Made by a program: the position numbers and the translations under genes. From a bacterium (GTDB lineage: Bacteria > Patescibacteriota > CG2-30-54-11 > JBAXVQ01): a stretch of DNA of 64,000 bases. The stretch's first letter is position 1. Each line of letters starts with the position of its first letter. Location: the NCBI GenBank assembly GCA_037128935.1, contig JBAXVQ010000001.1:60124-124123 (forward strand). The letters are read 5' to 3'. The notes below the pieces were generated by a model. It worked only from the letters and a program-made list of their open reading frames with translations, ran no database searches and was not told where the DNA came from. Of this stretch, positions 7,789 through 16,692 are shown piece after piece.

Positions 7789-7914
7789 CTACGCCCTCAC
7801 AAAACATACGCCGACATCATCAACGTTGTAGCAATCGATAACCTCACCTGTTCTTGCGTTGCTGTAACTAGCAACTAGAAAAGCAAAAAACAGTGTAGCA
7901 AGTAATTTTTTCAT
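7789..7914 (-). CDS. small secreted peptide (41 aa, signal peptide + 2 Cys), not in ORF track
   Basis: MKKLLATLFFAFLVASYSNA|RTGEVIDCYNVDDVGVCFVRA. Its ATG overlaps the TGA of the tail fiber gene (ATGA). Confidence 0.3.
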   Translation of the reverse strand: MKKLLATLFFAFLVASYSNARTGEVIDCYNVDDVGVCFVRA

Positions 7915-10403
7915 TTCTTCTTTCCTTTCATTTTTTGTAATTCCTGTAAGAGTAAAACTGATATGAGCTGATAATTAACGTTTGTAGCCTCGCCTTCGTC
8001 ATTGAACACGCAAAGCTCAGGCAGTATCTCGGCCACTTCCTCGGCAATCATTCCGAACGTTGTAACGCCTGTTGACTTGTCTTCCCAACTACGGGGCTGC
8101 AATCTCATAACCTTTGAAGCGTCAAAATCCAAATCCCTGATGTTGTCTTTGTGTTTTTGTGAAGAGGTGTAGTAGTATACCCTCCATGCGTTCGTCCCTG
8201 AAGATTCTATGTGAACAGGGTTTGTCGCAACAGATGATGATTGAAGATTGAAAAGTTTCACATTTGTTCCTGATGCGTTAGTCATGTTGAAGGCACCATG
8301 CACATAGCAGTCAGTAACATTGATCTTATTCCATCGCTTTGTTTGGGAGGAGCCTAGGTAGCAAGTGTTGTCAGTGTAAGGGTCTACGTTATAGTTTGCC
8401 CCATCACCGAAAATTACATGCCCCTGTAGGAAGGCAGTAGCTCCAATACTGAGATTTGTCGCACGAATACATCCAGTCGCTAGTAAGTCACAACGAACAC
8501 CACCGCCGCCAAAATTTCCAATTGTCACTACCCCATTCCCAGTTACATCACCTGTTGCTGTGTTCATTGTTCCACCAGCCCCTACGAAGTAGCCTGCAAT
8601 TGATGATGTTCCTGTATTGTCGTTTTGCCCCCATAGCGCTGGGTATGATGGAGTTGAGTTGTTGTTTTGGAATATTCCACCACTTGAATTTCCGCTTGCT
8701 TTCGCCTCGAATATCGTGTCGGTGCCGTCAATGTTCGAGCTGTTGATCTGTGCAATTAGCGTATTCGTCGCACTGTACGCCCTGAACCTGTTTGAATCCA
8801 GCTCAACCCGCTGCCCTTCTACCGTTCCAAAAACCCCAGTGCCTCGAACTACAACACCGTTGAATTCAGCATTGCCATCACCTGTTATCCTCCATCCACT
8901 ACTACCAGTAACAAAACCGCTGCTCTGTATATATCCAAGGCTTCCTGATATTGTTATAGCCTTTGATGCGATTGTACCCGCTGTTATTTTCGCAGCTGTA
9001 AGGGTTTGAATGTGTGCATCTATGATTACACCTGTAGCAATGCAGGCACTTTGTGCGATTATCTCATTAGCTCGCACGTGGTTGGCGTTGAGAAGGTAGA
9101 GAGAGTTAGTACCTTGATACATTTTATCGAATCGCACACCGTCAACACTTCCACCAAGCCGCAAGAGTGCGTCCGTAATAGTGCCCTCATTCACCTTTAG
9201 AGCTGCATCAATAGTGCCGTCCGTGATGTCGCTGCCATCGATGGGGAGAGTAACCGCCCCTTGTTCTGTAACCGTCAACCTTTCCGCTGCTGCGTTTTGC
9301 TTCTCAAATATCAGTTCGCTAAGGGTTTTTTGCAGGTTGCCTATGGTAACTTCTGCCGTGCCTTCGTTCGTATAGGAAATTGAAAGAATGACGGCGTTGT
9401 CGGGGTAGAGTTGGGTAGTTATGCTACGATTACGAAAATTAACGCTTTCGCCAATTGTGCAATCCCAGAGCGAAACTACAGCGTTATCCTCTAGGTTAAT
9501 GAGTTTATCATTATCAGTGACTATTATTCTATCGTAGTTGTAGCGGGGGTCTGAATACTGCGAAAGTTGACTATACCCCAACACATCCGCTGTTGTCGTA
9601 GATGTTAGTCTCCCATCTTTGATTACGTTCTCTACAAGCCCAAATAATCCCTTGCTCACAACGTCATTGTAGGAAGAGAAAAGAAAATCCGCCTCTGTGG
9701 ACTTCTTTGAGTTTCCAACATATACCCGATTACTTAACTCATTGATTGATTTTCCGTAACCAGCGTCATAAATTGCCGTTCCAAAGTTTACCGTGTATTT
9801 CCCTGTTGATGGGTACTGTTGCAAGTGGAAAACGCCATCCGGTGTGATGTGCCAAAAATACGACTCTTTGATAAAACTGAAAATGTCGGCAATTGCTTCA
9901 AAGTGTTTTTTTTCATCTATTTTTCTAGCTATCGAAGTTGAACACGTTGCAATACTTCCAGTAGTGTAGCTGATTACAGGCGTTTCGCTTTCCGCTGTGC
10001 ATCGTGTTCTATAGTTGTCTATAATCGCTTTTATCCAGTTTGACGCTGTTTTTGTAGCCTGTGAGTTTTCCAGCGTTGTACCTGTTTTGTAAAAAAGTCG
10101 ATTAAGCTCAAAGGCGTTGAAGTCCTCAACTGTTACCGTTTTTTGTTCACCTGACAAGCTGCCTTTAATCTCTGAAACAATCCCCTTATAGAGTAAGGTC
10201 AATTCATCGTATATGGTGATTATGCTGCCGGTATCAAGTCCGGTTATGTCCTGATCAAATTTACTTTTGAAAGTAAGAGACAAATCACCAATGAATCCGT
10301 TGATCTGCTTTTTTATAGCAGAAATAGCAACCAGTTCACCTGTAATCTCACGGGTGAAAGTGCCGTTTCTTGCATACAGTTTTACAACGAATTGATGTTT
10401 CAT
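7911..10403 (-). CDS. tail fiber/tailspike protein with C-terminal intramolecular chaperone (peptidase S74) domain
   Basis: 830 aa. C-terminus ...TTFGMIAEEVAEILPELCVFNDEGEATNVNYQLISVLLLQELQKMKGKKK matches the S74 auto-cleaving chaperone module of endosialidase/tail fibers. The central region is Gly/Asn/Thr-rich and beta-type. Confidence 0.75.
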   Translation of the reverse strand: MKHQFVVKLYARNGTFTREITGELVAISAIKKQINGFIGDLSLTFKSKFDQDITGLDTGSIITIYDELTLLYKGIVSEIKGSLSGEQKTVTVEDFNAFELNRLFYKTGTTLENSQATKTASNWIKAIIDNYRTRCTAESETPVISYTTGSIATCSTSIARKIDEKKHFEAIADIFSFIKESYFWHITPDGVFHLQQYPSTGKYTVNFGTAIYDAGYGKSINELSNRVYVGNSKKSTEADFLFSSYNDVVSKGLFGLVENVIKDGRLTSTTTADVLGYSQLSQYSDPRYNYDRIIVTDNDKLINLEDNAVVSLWDCTIGESVNFRNRSITTQLYPDNAVILSISYTNEGTAEVTIGNLQKTLSELIFEKQNAAAERLTVTEQGAVTLPIDGSDITDGTIDAALKVNEGTITDALLRLGGSVDGVRFDKMYQGTNSLYLLNANHVRANEIIAQSACIATGVIIDAHIQTLTAAKITAGTIASKAITISGSLGYIQSSGFVTGSSGWRITGDGNAEFNGVVVRGTGVFGTVEGQRVELDSNRFRAYSATNTLIAQINSSNIDGTDTIFEAKASGNSSGGIFQNNNSTPSYPALWGQNDNTGTSSIAGYFVGAGGTMNTATGDVTGNGVVTIGNFGGGGVRCDLLATGCIRATNLSIGATAFLQGHVIFGDGANYNVDPYTDNTCYLGSSQTKRWNKINVTDCYVHGAFNMTNASGTNVKLFNLQSSSVATNPVHIESSGTNAWRVYYYTSSQKHKDNIRDLDFDASKVMRLQPRSWEDKSTGVTTFGMIAEEVAEILPELCVFNDEGEATNVNYQLISVLLLQELQKMKGKKK

Positions 10404-10404
10404 T

Positions 10405-10695
10405 TTACTTGCCTTCTAATGTGTCCCAAGTTTGACGTAGGAATAGCGGTGCTGCGAACTCCCCGACTGTTTCTTTCATTCGCACAATATCCTCAATCGA
10501 AAAGTCGTCATCGTTCGTGGCACTCACTACACGCTCCGCTAGTGCTGCGTTTTTGTACTTGTCGTCACCTGCCAACGGTTCACGCCCTTTACTTACAGTC
10601 TGCAATAGAGCCTGCACAATAACGGTTTTAACGGTAAAATCCGTGTCGTTTCCGGTTTCAATGTTTTTAATCTTTTTGCTTAGGTTGATTTTCAT
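10405..10695 (-). CDS. hypothetical tail-module protein
   Basis: 96-aa ORF between the fiber and LamG genes. Confidence 0.3.
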   Translation of the reverse strand: MKINLSKKIKNIETGNDTDFTVKTVIVQALLQTVSKGREPLAGDDKYKNAALAERVVSATNDDDFSIEDIVRMKETVGEFAAPLFLRQTWDTLEGK

Positions 10696-10707
10696 AGTTT
10701 TTTACCT

Positions 10708-10950
10708 CTACAGTGCCAAAGCGGCATCTATTGCCTGTGTTGTTACGGTTTGCGTTAGTTTCGTAATCTGAGCGTCAATGAGGTTGATTGTTGCTTGCTT
10801 GTCTGCAACCTGTAGCGAAAACTCACTGTCGATAGTGTTGCAAGCGTCAACCTTTGCGGCTTCTCGGTCTTTGATAATTACCTCGATTTCCTGCAATAGT
10901 TTTTGTTTTCCGATTTGTAGGATTGTGATTGGGTTTGTGGTGTCTGCCAT
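10708..10950 (-). CDS. hypothetical tail-module protein
   Basis: 80-aa ORF. Confidence 0.3.
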   Translation of the reverse strand: MADTTNPITILQIGKQKLLQEIEVIIKDREAAKVDACNTIDSEFSLQVADKQATINLIDAQITKLTQTVTTQAIDAALAL

Positions 10951-10963
10951 GGTGAAGGTTCCT

Positions 10964-11599
10964 TTATGCTAATTGTTTCAATGAGTTGTAGTAGCCTTTT
11001 ATTTCGGCTGCCGTAAGTGCCTTGTTAGATATTTTGGTCTGGTCTATTTTTCCGTTGAGAGGGTAAAGTGAGCCATTTGGTCTGTATCCCAGACCTAAGT
11101 TTGCATTGCATGGCGATACTGTGCCGACTGTTTTATTAGCGTATTCTTTCCCGTTAACATACAAGCGAATAACACTAGTGTCGTAGGTAAAGGCTATATA
11201 TGCCCATTCACCAGTACTCACAATTCCGGCTGGTGTGGTAATTCTGTTTGCAGCTGCACCCAACCCAGCTTCTACTGCTCCGTTTCCCGGCGCGTCATTT
11301 AAAAAGATAAAAAGCTCGTTAGATGCGTCAATGTTCCCAAAAGGTAGATAATACCCGTATGAGTTTTGGTACACCCATGTTTCAACGGTGAAAGCCGCAC
11401 TTCCCATAATCAGGTAAGGGTTAAAAGCTAAGTCTATTTTGTTTGTTGTTCCATTGAAGCTGTATCCTTGACCAAATTTTCCCTGTACTAGTGTTGCTCC
11501 GGTTACTGTGCCGTTTCTGTTATTTCCGCTACTGTCGTTAGCATTTCCGTTCATGCTATATAGGGCTAGTGCGTTTTTTGTGTTGAATTCTCCAAACAT
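10964..11599 (-). CDS. LamG/concanavalin-A-like lectin domain protein (tail/baseplate accessory)
   Basis: Laminin_G_3-type pattern NDSSGNNRNGTVTGATLVQGKFGQGYSFNGTTNKIDL...FTVETWVY...YIAFTYDTSVIRLYVNGKEYA. Confidence 0.65.
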   Translation of the reverse strand: MFGEFNTKNALALYSMNGNANDSSGNNRNGTVTGATLVQGKFGQGYSFNGTTNKIDLAFNPYLIMGSAAFTVETWVYQNSYGYYLPFGNIDASNELFIFLNDAPGNGAVEAGLGAAANRITTPAGIVSTGEWAYIAFTYDTSVIRLYVNGKEYANKTVGTVSPCNANLGLGYRPNGSLYPLNGKIDQTKISNKALTAAEIKGYYNSLKQLA

Positions 11600-13158
11600 T
11601 ACACTTTTACCCCCGTCACCATAACTGAAAGGTTTGCGCCTGCGATTGTTGAGCCTACTTGGTCGATGTTGACGAATAGCTTGTTATTTGCTGTCAGTGT
11701 CTGGTTTGTGGTTGATACAGTAACCCCTGAGCTATACGCCGTATCTGCGTTAGATGCCGTGATGGTGATTGCAGATGTGAGCACGTCTGTTGTAGCTACG
11801 TTATTACCTATTGTTACCGTTGCGTTGGCTCCAGTACAGGCAACCTCTAACTCTGCTGCTACCTCTACAATTGCAAGGTTACAAGGTCGGTATTTCAGTG
11901 CTGGGAATTGATTATCACCTACTGCAATATTTCCGCCAATTAGGGATTTAAGATATACAACCGCTGAAAGTGGCTTGTATTTTATTTCAACCGTTTGCGT
12001 GCTTGCCCCCAAGCTCACACCTGCTACCGTAACCGTACCCGCTGAATAGTTGGTTACGATGCCATATTTTACAAAACCGCCTGAACCAGCTAGTTGGTAC
12101 GCTAAAGGTCTTCCTTTAACGAAAATAGCTTGAGCTGTTGCATCGTTGGTAACTGTGAAGGTTGAAGAGGAAGCCCATGTTGTTACATATCCATCATCAG
12201 TCCATTCTGTTTCACTTGCACCACCTCCACCACTTGCAGTAATAACAACATCGTTCGCCTCTTCTGTCAGGGTGATATTTGTGCCCGCCTTTATGCGTTT
12301 GAAAGGTAAGTCAACGCCAACTTTAGTACCCACCAAGCTTGCACCATCACCCGCCGTACCGAGGGCACTTGCTGTATTTGCTTCACCAGCTGCGGAAGTT
12401 GGCAGTGAGCCTACTGTTATGTAGTATTTTGCACCAGTACCAGAATCTTCAATTAGTATTTTGTCACCAGATACCGGCGTTCCTTTTACCGTAAATGTAG
12501 AAAAGTCACTTGCTGCCCTTTTGAGTTGTGCATCATCCGTTACGTTAGTTAATCCAACCTGTGCCTTTGTTACGCTGTGGGGGTTTGAGGTATTCGCTAG
12601 ATGGTCGGTTATTTGTTTTTGGAGTTTACCGGCTGCCGTAAGTACCGTATCCGCTGCCGTGATTGCTGCATTAGTTGCGGTACTCAATCCAGTTAAGACA
12701 CTTGCAACCGCCCTTGAAGCTAGAAAATAAAGGTTTGTAGTGCCTTCTGTTATTGCGTCCGTTGTTCGTGTTTCTACCGTTGCAAGTCGGCTTTCGTGAT
12801 CGGTTTGGTTTCCCTGTATACGTGAAATTGTTTGCTCATCCAAAACGATGTCAAAGTAAATAGCACCTGCGGACGGGTCGAAAGAGTTAGCGGTACTGTC
12901 TCCATACCCACGCCCGCCAGTGACTGTTAATGTTGTACCTGATCTGCTCGCAACTAATACCTTTTCTTTCTTTCCGGTTGCCTCTTGTGAAATAACCCCG
13001 ACAAAGTTAGCTGTAGGGCATGTTGTTATCCAGTCCGTAGCCCCGACGTTACTTGTTGCTGAAACTATCGTAATAGTACTATCTGAAGCTCCAACAGTGG
13101 CGGTTATGGTTGCCCTGAATTGGTCTTTTGGTGTGAGATGTGTATTAACTAGTGCCAC
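11599..13158 (-). CDS. tail-associated/baseplate protein (Tal-like by synteny), beta-rich
   Basis: 519 aa, Thr/Ala/Gly-rich, located after the Dit-like gene downstream of the TMP. No catalytic motif seen. Confidence 0.4.
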   Translation of the reverse strand: MALVNTHLTPKDQFRATITATVGASDSTITIVSATSNVGATDWITTCPTANFVGVISQEATGKKEKVLVASRSGTTLTVTGGRGYGDSTANSFDPSAGAIYFDIVLDEQTISRIQGNQTDHESRLATVETRTTDAITEGTTNLYFLASRAVASVLTGLSTATNAAITAADTVLTAAGKLQKQITDHLANTSNPHSVTKAQVGLTNVTDDAQLKRAASDFSTFTVKGTPVSGDKILIEDSGTGAKYYITVGSLPTSAAGEANTASALGTAGDGASLVGTKVGVDLPFKRIKAGTNITLTEEANDVVITASGGGGASETEWTDDGYVTTWASSSTFTVTNDATAQAIFVKGRPLAYQLAGSGGFVKYGIVTNYSAGTVTVAGVSLGASTQTVEIKYKPLSAVVYLKSLIGGNIAVGDNQFPALKYRPCNLAIVEVAAELEVACTGANATVTIGNNVATTDVLTSAITITASNADTAYSSGVTVSTTNQTLTANNKLFVNIDQVGSTIAGANLSVMVTGVKV

Positions 13159-13168
13159 TTCCAGCCTC

Positions 13169-14068
13169 CTATAGGTATGCGTTTTTGTACGTGATTGTGA
13201 TGTTTGTCTCTATACTTGTTGTCGTAAAATCGAATTGAAGCGTGTTTGTGCCAGTAATGAGCGGAAACCAATTACCTAGCGGGTCGATATATGAGCTATT
13301 TTGTCGAGCTATGCAGTTAGCAAAATCGAACGTGATAAGGTCGCCCGCCGTGAGTGCTAGATAGGTGTGCAACACGTTTCTTTCACTCATTGACGTGTTG
13401 GTAATCGTCATAGCCGTGCCACCCGTAACCGATACAACCTGAATTGATATGCTAGGCAAAGTCACGTCGTCGCCTGTGTTTGCTAGTGATACCGTAACGC
13501 TATTGGTTGTGTTTCCATCCTGCGTTACTTTTGTAGCGTCAATGTCACGCCCGAAAGGGTCGGTACATACAAAGTCGAGAGAGAAGGGTACGTGTGTGAT
13601 ATGATAGTGATCCTCACTAAAGATCTTATCGATTCCAGCAAACTGACCTTTATAACGCCTGTAAGATGTTTCGCCGTTTGGTGTTATATCTAAGTAGACT
13701 TCCGAAACATTCCCATCACTCCCACGTTTTCCAATGATCTTTTTGAGTGTTCGCACGGTTTCAGAAAGGGTGGAGGCTGTTGATGAAAATAACTCACCAT
13801 CAATTGCTATAGTCTTTGAATTGTAGTCACGCCCACCATAATCGTTGCCGTCACGATATACCCGCCCATGCCTGCGGTCTGTGGTCGTCGGCATGTTGAG
13901 GGCACTTGTTGCCCTTGTCGTTGCATAGTCACCCTGTAGCCCAAAGCTAGAGGAAAGCCCCAAGTCTACAATTCTGATTGCATCCGCAACAATCGCGCTA
14001 CCACCACCTGAAGTTACGCCAATCTGTGCGTACCTGTTTGAGCCGTAAAGGGTTTCACCGTATCTCAT
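13169..14068 (-). CDS. distal tail protein (Dit-like) by position
   Basis: 299-aa ORF immediately downstream of the tape-measure gene (siphovirus synteny). Start overlaps the TMP stop. Confidence 0.4.
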   Translation of the reverse strand: MRYGETLYGSNRYAQIGVTSGGGSAIVADAIRIVDLGLSSSFGLQGDYATTRATSALNMPTTTDRRHGRVYRDGNDYGGRDYNSKTIAIDGELFSSTASTLSETVRTLKKIIGKRGSDGNVSEVYLDITPNGETSYRRYKGQFAGIDKIFSEDHYHITHVPFSLDFVCTDPFGRDIDATKVTQDGNTTNSVTVSLANTGDDVTLPSISIQVVSVTGGTAMTITNTSMSERNVLHTYLALTAGDLITFDFANCIARQNSSYIDPLGNWFPLITGTNTLQFDFTTTSIETNITITYKNAYL

Positions 14069-16185
14069 ACCGCTACCCCTCTCTTAGTCATCACAAGCTC
14101 ACGCTTTAACGCTTCAACGGCTTGTTTTACTAGTTGATCTACCCGACCTTGTGAATCTATTGTGTTCCCAGTGATGTTTACGTTGATCGTTGTGCTGTTG
14201 CCACCTTGCTGCATATTGTCATGGTGTCGGGGGTCTTGTCGTGTAAGCACCTCTTCGCCTGCTTGCAACATAGCGGGTACATCCTGTTTGTAGCCACCTT
14301 GGACAATACCACCGCTGTGATACCAACTAATTCCCACGCTTGGAACGCTTGGAGGGTTGAGAGAGAATCCACCGGAAATACTGATGTGTGGTAGTTTGAT
14401 GTGAGGGATTGTAAAAGTAAAAGCCGCGGCCAATTTATCTGGGATAGAGGAAATAACACCCCATACTTTCCCGGGCAATGAAGTCATAAACCCCATTATG
14501 CCAGTAACCATTGAACTGACTGCGTTTACGGCGGTGTCTTTTATGCTGTTAAAGGTGGTTGATACTTTATCCCACAATTCCCCCATGTTCGTTCCAAATA
14601 ATGCAAGCACTAAGCGAAGGTTGAGTGTCACACTATTCACAATGAACGATAACGCCCCGCCAAAGATATTTTTAATACCTTCCCACACTTTCGATATATC
14701 GCCGTGTATTACTCCATCAATTACTTGTATTACACCTTGTATTACAGTAAATACAGACTTAACCGCCGTCCCTATGAAATCTAGTGCAACCTTGAAAACT
14801 GCGGAAATAGTATCCCAGTTGTCTTTTATAAAGTTGTATATAAATGTACCAACTGTCATTACCACGCTCATCACGCCTTCAAAAATGCTCTGTATTGTAG
14901 GTAACATATCCATAACAACAGGTACAACCTGCGTAGTTATGACGTTTACGAGTTGGTTAAAAAATGATTGCAAGGCTGGCCACGCTACAGTTGTAAACCA
15001 AGTTGCAACTGCTGCCATTTTTTCATGAATTCCGCCCCAGTTTTGAGTCCATGCAAGTGCCAGTATTCCAATTGCTGCGACAATTAAGAGTATTGGAGTG
15101 AGAAAAACACCGGAAAGAATACCACCAAGTCCAGCAAGTACCGTACCTATTCCTAAAAACATGCCAACAAGCCCAGATATTCCTATGGCAAGCGGTGCCA
15201 GTACCGCACCAATACCGACAAACATAATTATGGCGTTTTGTATGGGGGCGGGTATGTTTGAAAAGAAGTTGGAGAGTTCCGTTAGTCTATCAAGTAGAAA
15301 GTTAACAGGGCCGGTTAACGCTGCACCAATTGTTAGTTTGAAGTTTTCCATTTTCACACCAAGTTGAGCTATTTTGTCGCCCGCTCCATCGTTTGCCGTT
15401 TTCATCTTTTCAATATCTTTAGAGCCAGCTTTTAAAATTGCATTAAATTCAGCTTGTGTTTTTTCCGCTTCTGTTAGTTGTGTCGCGGTTTTTCCGATTG
15501 ATTTAGCGTAGTCATCCATTGCTGACTTGGTGTCTATTTGCATACCTATCTGTGATAGCATCGCATCACGCCCTTTTCCGGCTGCCATGGTAAACATGTT
15601 CATCGTTTCTTCAACCGTCATACCGAAAGTCTTAGCTTTTGATCTTGCTAGCATGAACAAATCACCCATTTTGTCGGTATCTTTAGTTAATCCCAACGCC
15701 ATAGCTTTATTAGTCATCTTTAACAGGTCAATGTCTGGTATTGTGTTTCTGGTTGCTGATCGCAGCTTTACCAGCGCAGCCTCTCCATCCACTCCCATCT
15801 CACCAAGTTCTTTTTTTAGTCTGCTAGCTGTACCAGCCAACTTCACCATCTGCAATTCAGCACCCCCAATCATCCCGCCGGCCATTAAACCCATTAATTT
15901 CATCGCTGAACCTTGCATTTGACCAAACCCCTCATTAACTTTTCCCATTCCTGACTGGATACGAGAAAAACCAGATTGAAAAGCGCCACCTATTCCAGTC
16001 ATAACGCCACTTGCCATACTGCCAATTTTACTGAAACCACCACCAACCGCACTCTGTATACCACCACCTAACTTTTCCGCTGATTGCTGTACGCCTTGCA
16101 GTTTGTCACCAATAGCACTAATACCGCCTGCCATCTCTTCTTTTAGCATGACTATTAGTTGTAGTGTTTTGGTAGCGTCTGCCAT
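14065..16185 (-). CDS. tail tape measure protein
   Basis: 706 aa. Gly/Met/Ala-rich helical repeats, multiple TM segments, and a C-terminal region with WYHSGGIVQGG. Positioned directly after the G/GT chaperone frameshift pair. Confidence 0.8.
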   Translation of the reverse strand: MADATKTLQLIVMLKEEMAGGISAIGDKLQGVQQSAEKLGGGIQSAVGGGFSKIGSMASGVMTGIGGAFQSGFSRIQSGMGKVNEGFGQMQGSAMKLMGLMAGGMIGGAELQMVKLAGTASRLKKELGEMGVDGEAALVKLRSATRNTIPDIDLLKMTNKAMALGLTKDTDKMGDLFMLARSKAKTFGMTVEETMNMFTMAAGKGRDAMLSQIGMQIDTKSAMDDYAKSIGKTATQLTEAEKTQAEFNAILKAGSKDIEKMKTANDGAGDKIAQLGVKMENFKLTIGAALTGPVNFLLDRLTELSNFFSNIPAPIQNAIIMFVGIGAVLAPLAIGISGLVGMFLGIGTVLAGLGGILSGVFLTPILLIVAAIGILALAWTQNWGGIHEKMAAVATWFTTVAWPALQSFFNQLVNVITTQVVPVVMDMLPTIQSIFEGVMSVVMTVGTFIYNFIKDNWDTISAVFKVALDFIGTAVKSVFTVIQGVIQVIDGVIHGDISKVWEGIKNIFGGALSFIVNSVTLNLRLVLALFGTNMGELWDKVSTTFNSIKDTAVNAVSSMVTGIMGFMTSLPGKVWGVISSIPDKLAAAFTFTIPHIKLPHISISGGFSLNPPSVPSVGISWYHSGGIVQGGYKQDVPAMLQAGEEVLTRQDPRHHDNMQQGGNSTTINVNITGNTIDSQGRVDQLVKQAVEALKRELVMTKRGVAV

Positions 16186-16382
16186 TTCAATCCTTTTTTT
16201 CGTTCGTTATCTCGTATACCTTTAGGTCATACAGTACGCCGATGTAGTCTTTTTCTAGCTCTTCTTTTGCCTGTGACCTTGTGCATCCGTAAAGCTGTGA
16301 TATGTTGAAAATAAGTAAATCACTATCATAGTTTTCAGGGCTTTTACACCTTACCCAAGACCGAAACCTTGCAACTTTTTTT
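16186..16382 (-). CDS. GT extension of tail assembly chaperone reached by programmed -1 frameshift
   Basis: Slippery heptamer A_AAA_AAG (plus-strand coords 16375-16381) lies 8 codons before the G stop. The -1 frame stays open for 60 codons (VARFRSWVRCKSPENYDSDLLIFNISQLYGCTRSQAKEELEKDYIGVLYDLKVYEITNEKKD). It ends at a TGA overlapping the TMP ATG (ATTGAAATG). Confidence 0.65.
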
Positions 16383-16680
16383 CAATCGAAGCGTCAACCT
16401 CTGACTTTCTATCTGTTACCGCTTTAAATAGCTTTTCAGTAATAACGTCAAATTGAAGGTAGTCGTCAAGGAATCCAGCACCCTTAATTTTTTCGTACCA
16501 TGTTTGCTTGTCGACGTGTTCGCCCTTTTCGTTTTCTATCTTTGTGATGAACCGCAAAACGGCTGCATCGCTTTTGCCTTCTTTTGATAGGTTTATTACT
16601 TTAGCGACAAAACCGCCTGTAATATCAGTTTTATCAATGAAGGTTACTTTTACGCCTGATTGAGGAAAATCAAAATCCAT
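16351..16680 (-). CDS. tail assembly chaperone (gpG-like)
   Basis: 109 aa, acidic, immediately upstream of the TMP. Carries the canonical -1 slippery site near its 3' end. Confidence 0.65.
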   Translation of the reverse strand: MDFDFPQSGVKVTFIDKTDITGGFVAKVINLSKEGKSDAAVLRFITKIENEKGEHVDKQTWYEKIKGAGFLDDYLQFDVITEKLFKAVTDRKSEVDASIEKKLQGFGLG

Positions 16681-16692
16681 ATTTATAACCCC

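Noticed and set aside
8456-9375. Four plus-strand ORFs inside the tail fiber gene
   Set aside because: They are antisense to a well-supported 830-aa CDS, Cys/Ser/Leu-rich and low complexity, with no independent signals.
16186-16203. Second A_AAA_AAG heptamer (GAA AAA AAG GAT TGA) at the end of the GT extension
   Set aside because: A further -1 slip here enters a frame that terminates within 11 codons and is not in phase with the TMP. It is probably coincidental, though it could modulate termination-reinitiation at the TMP start.
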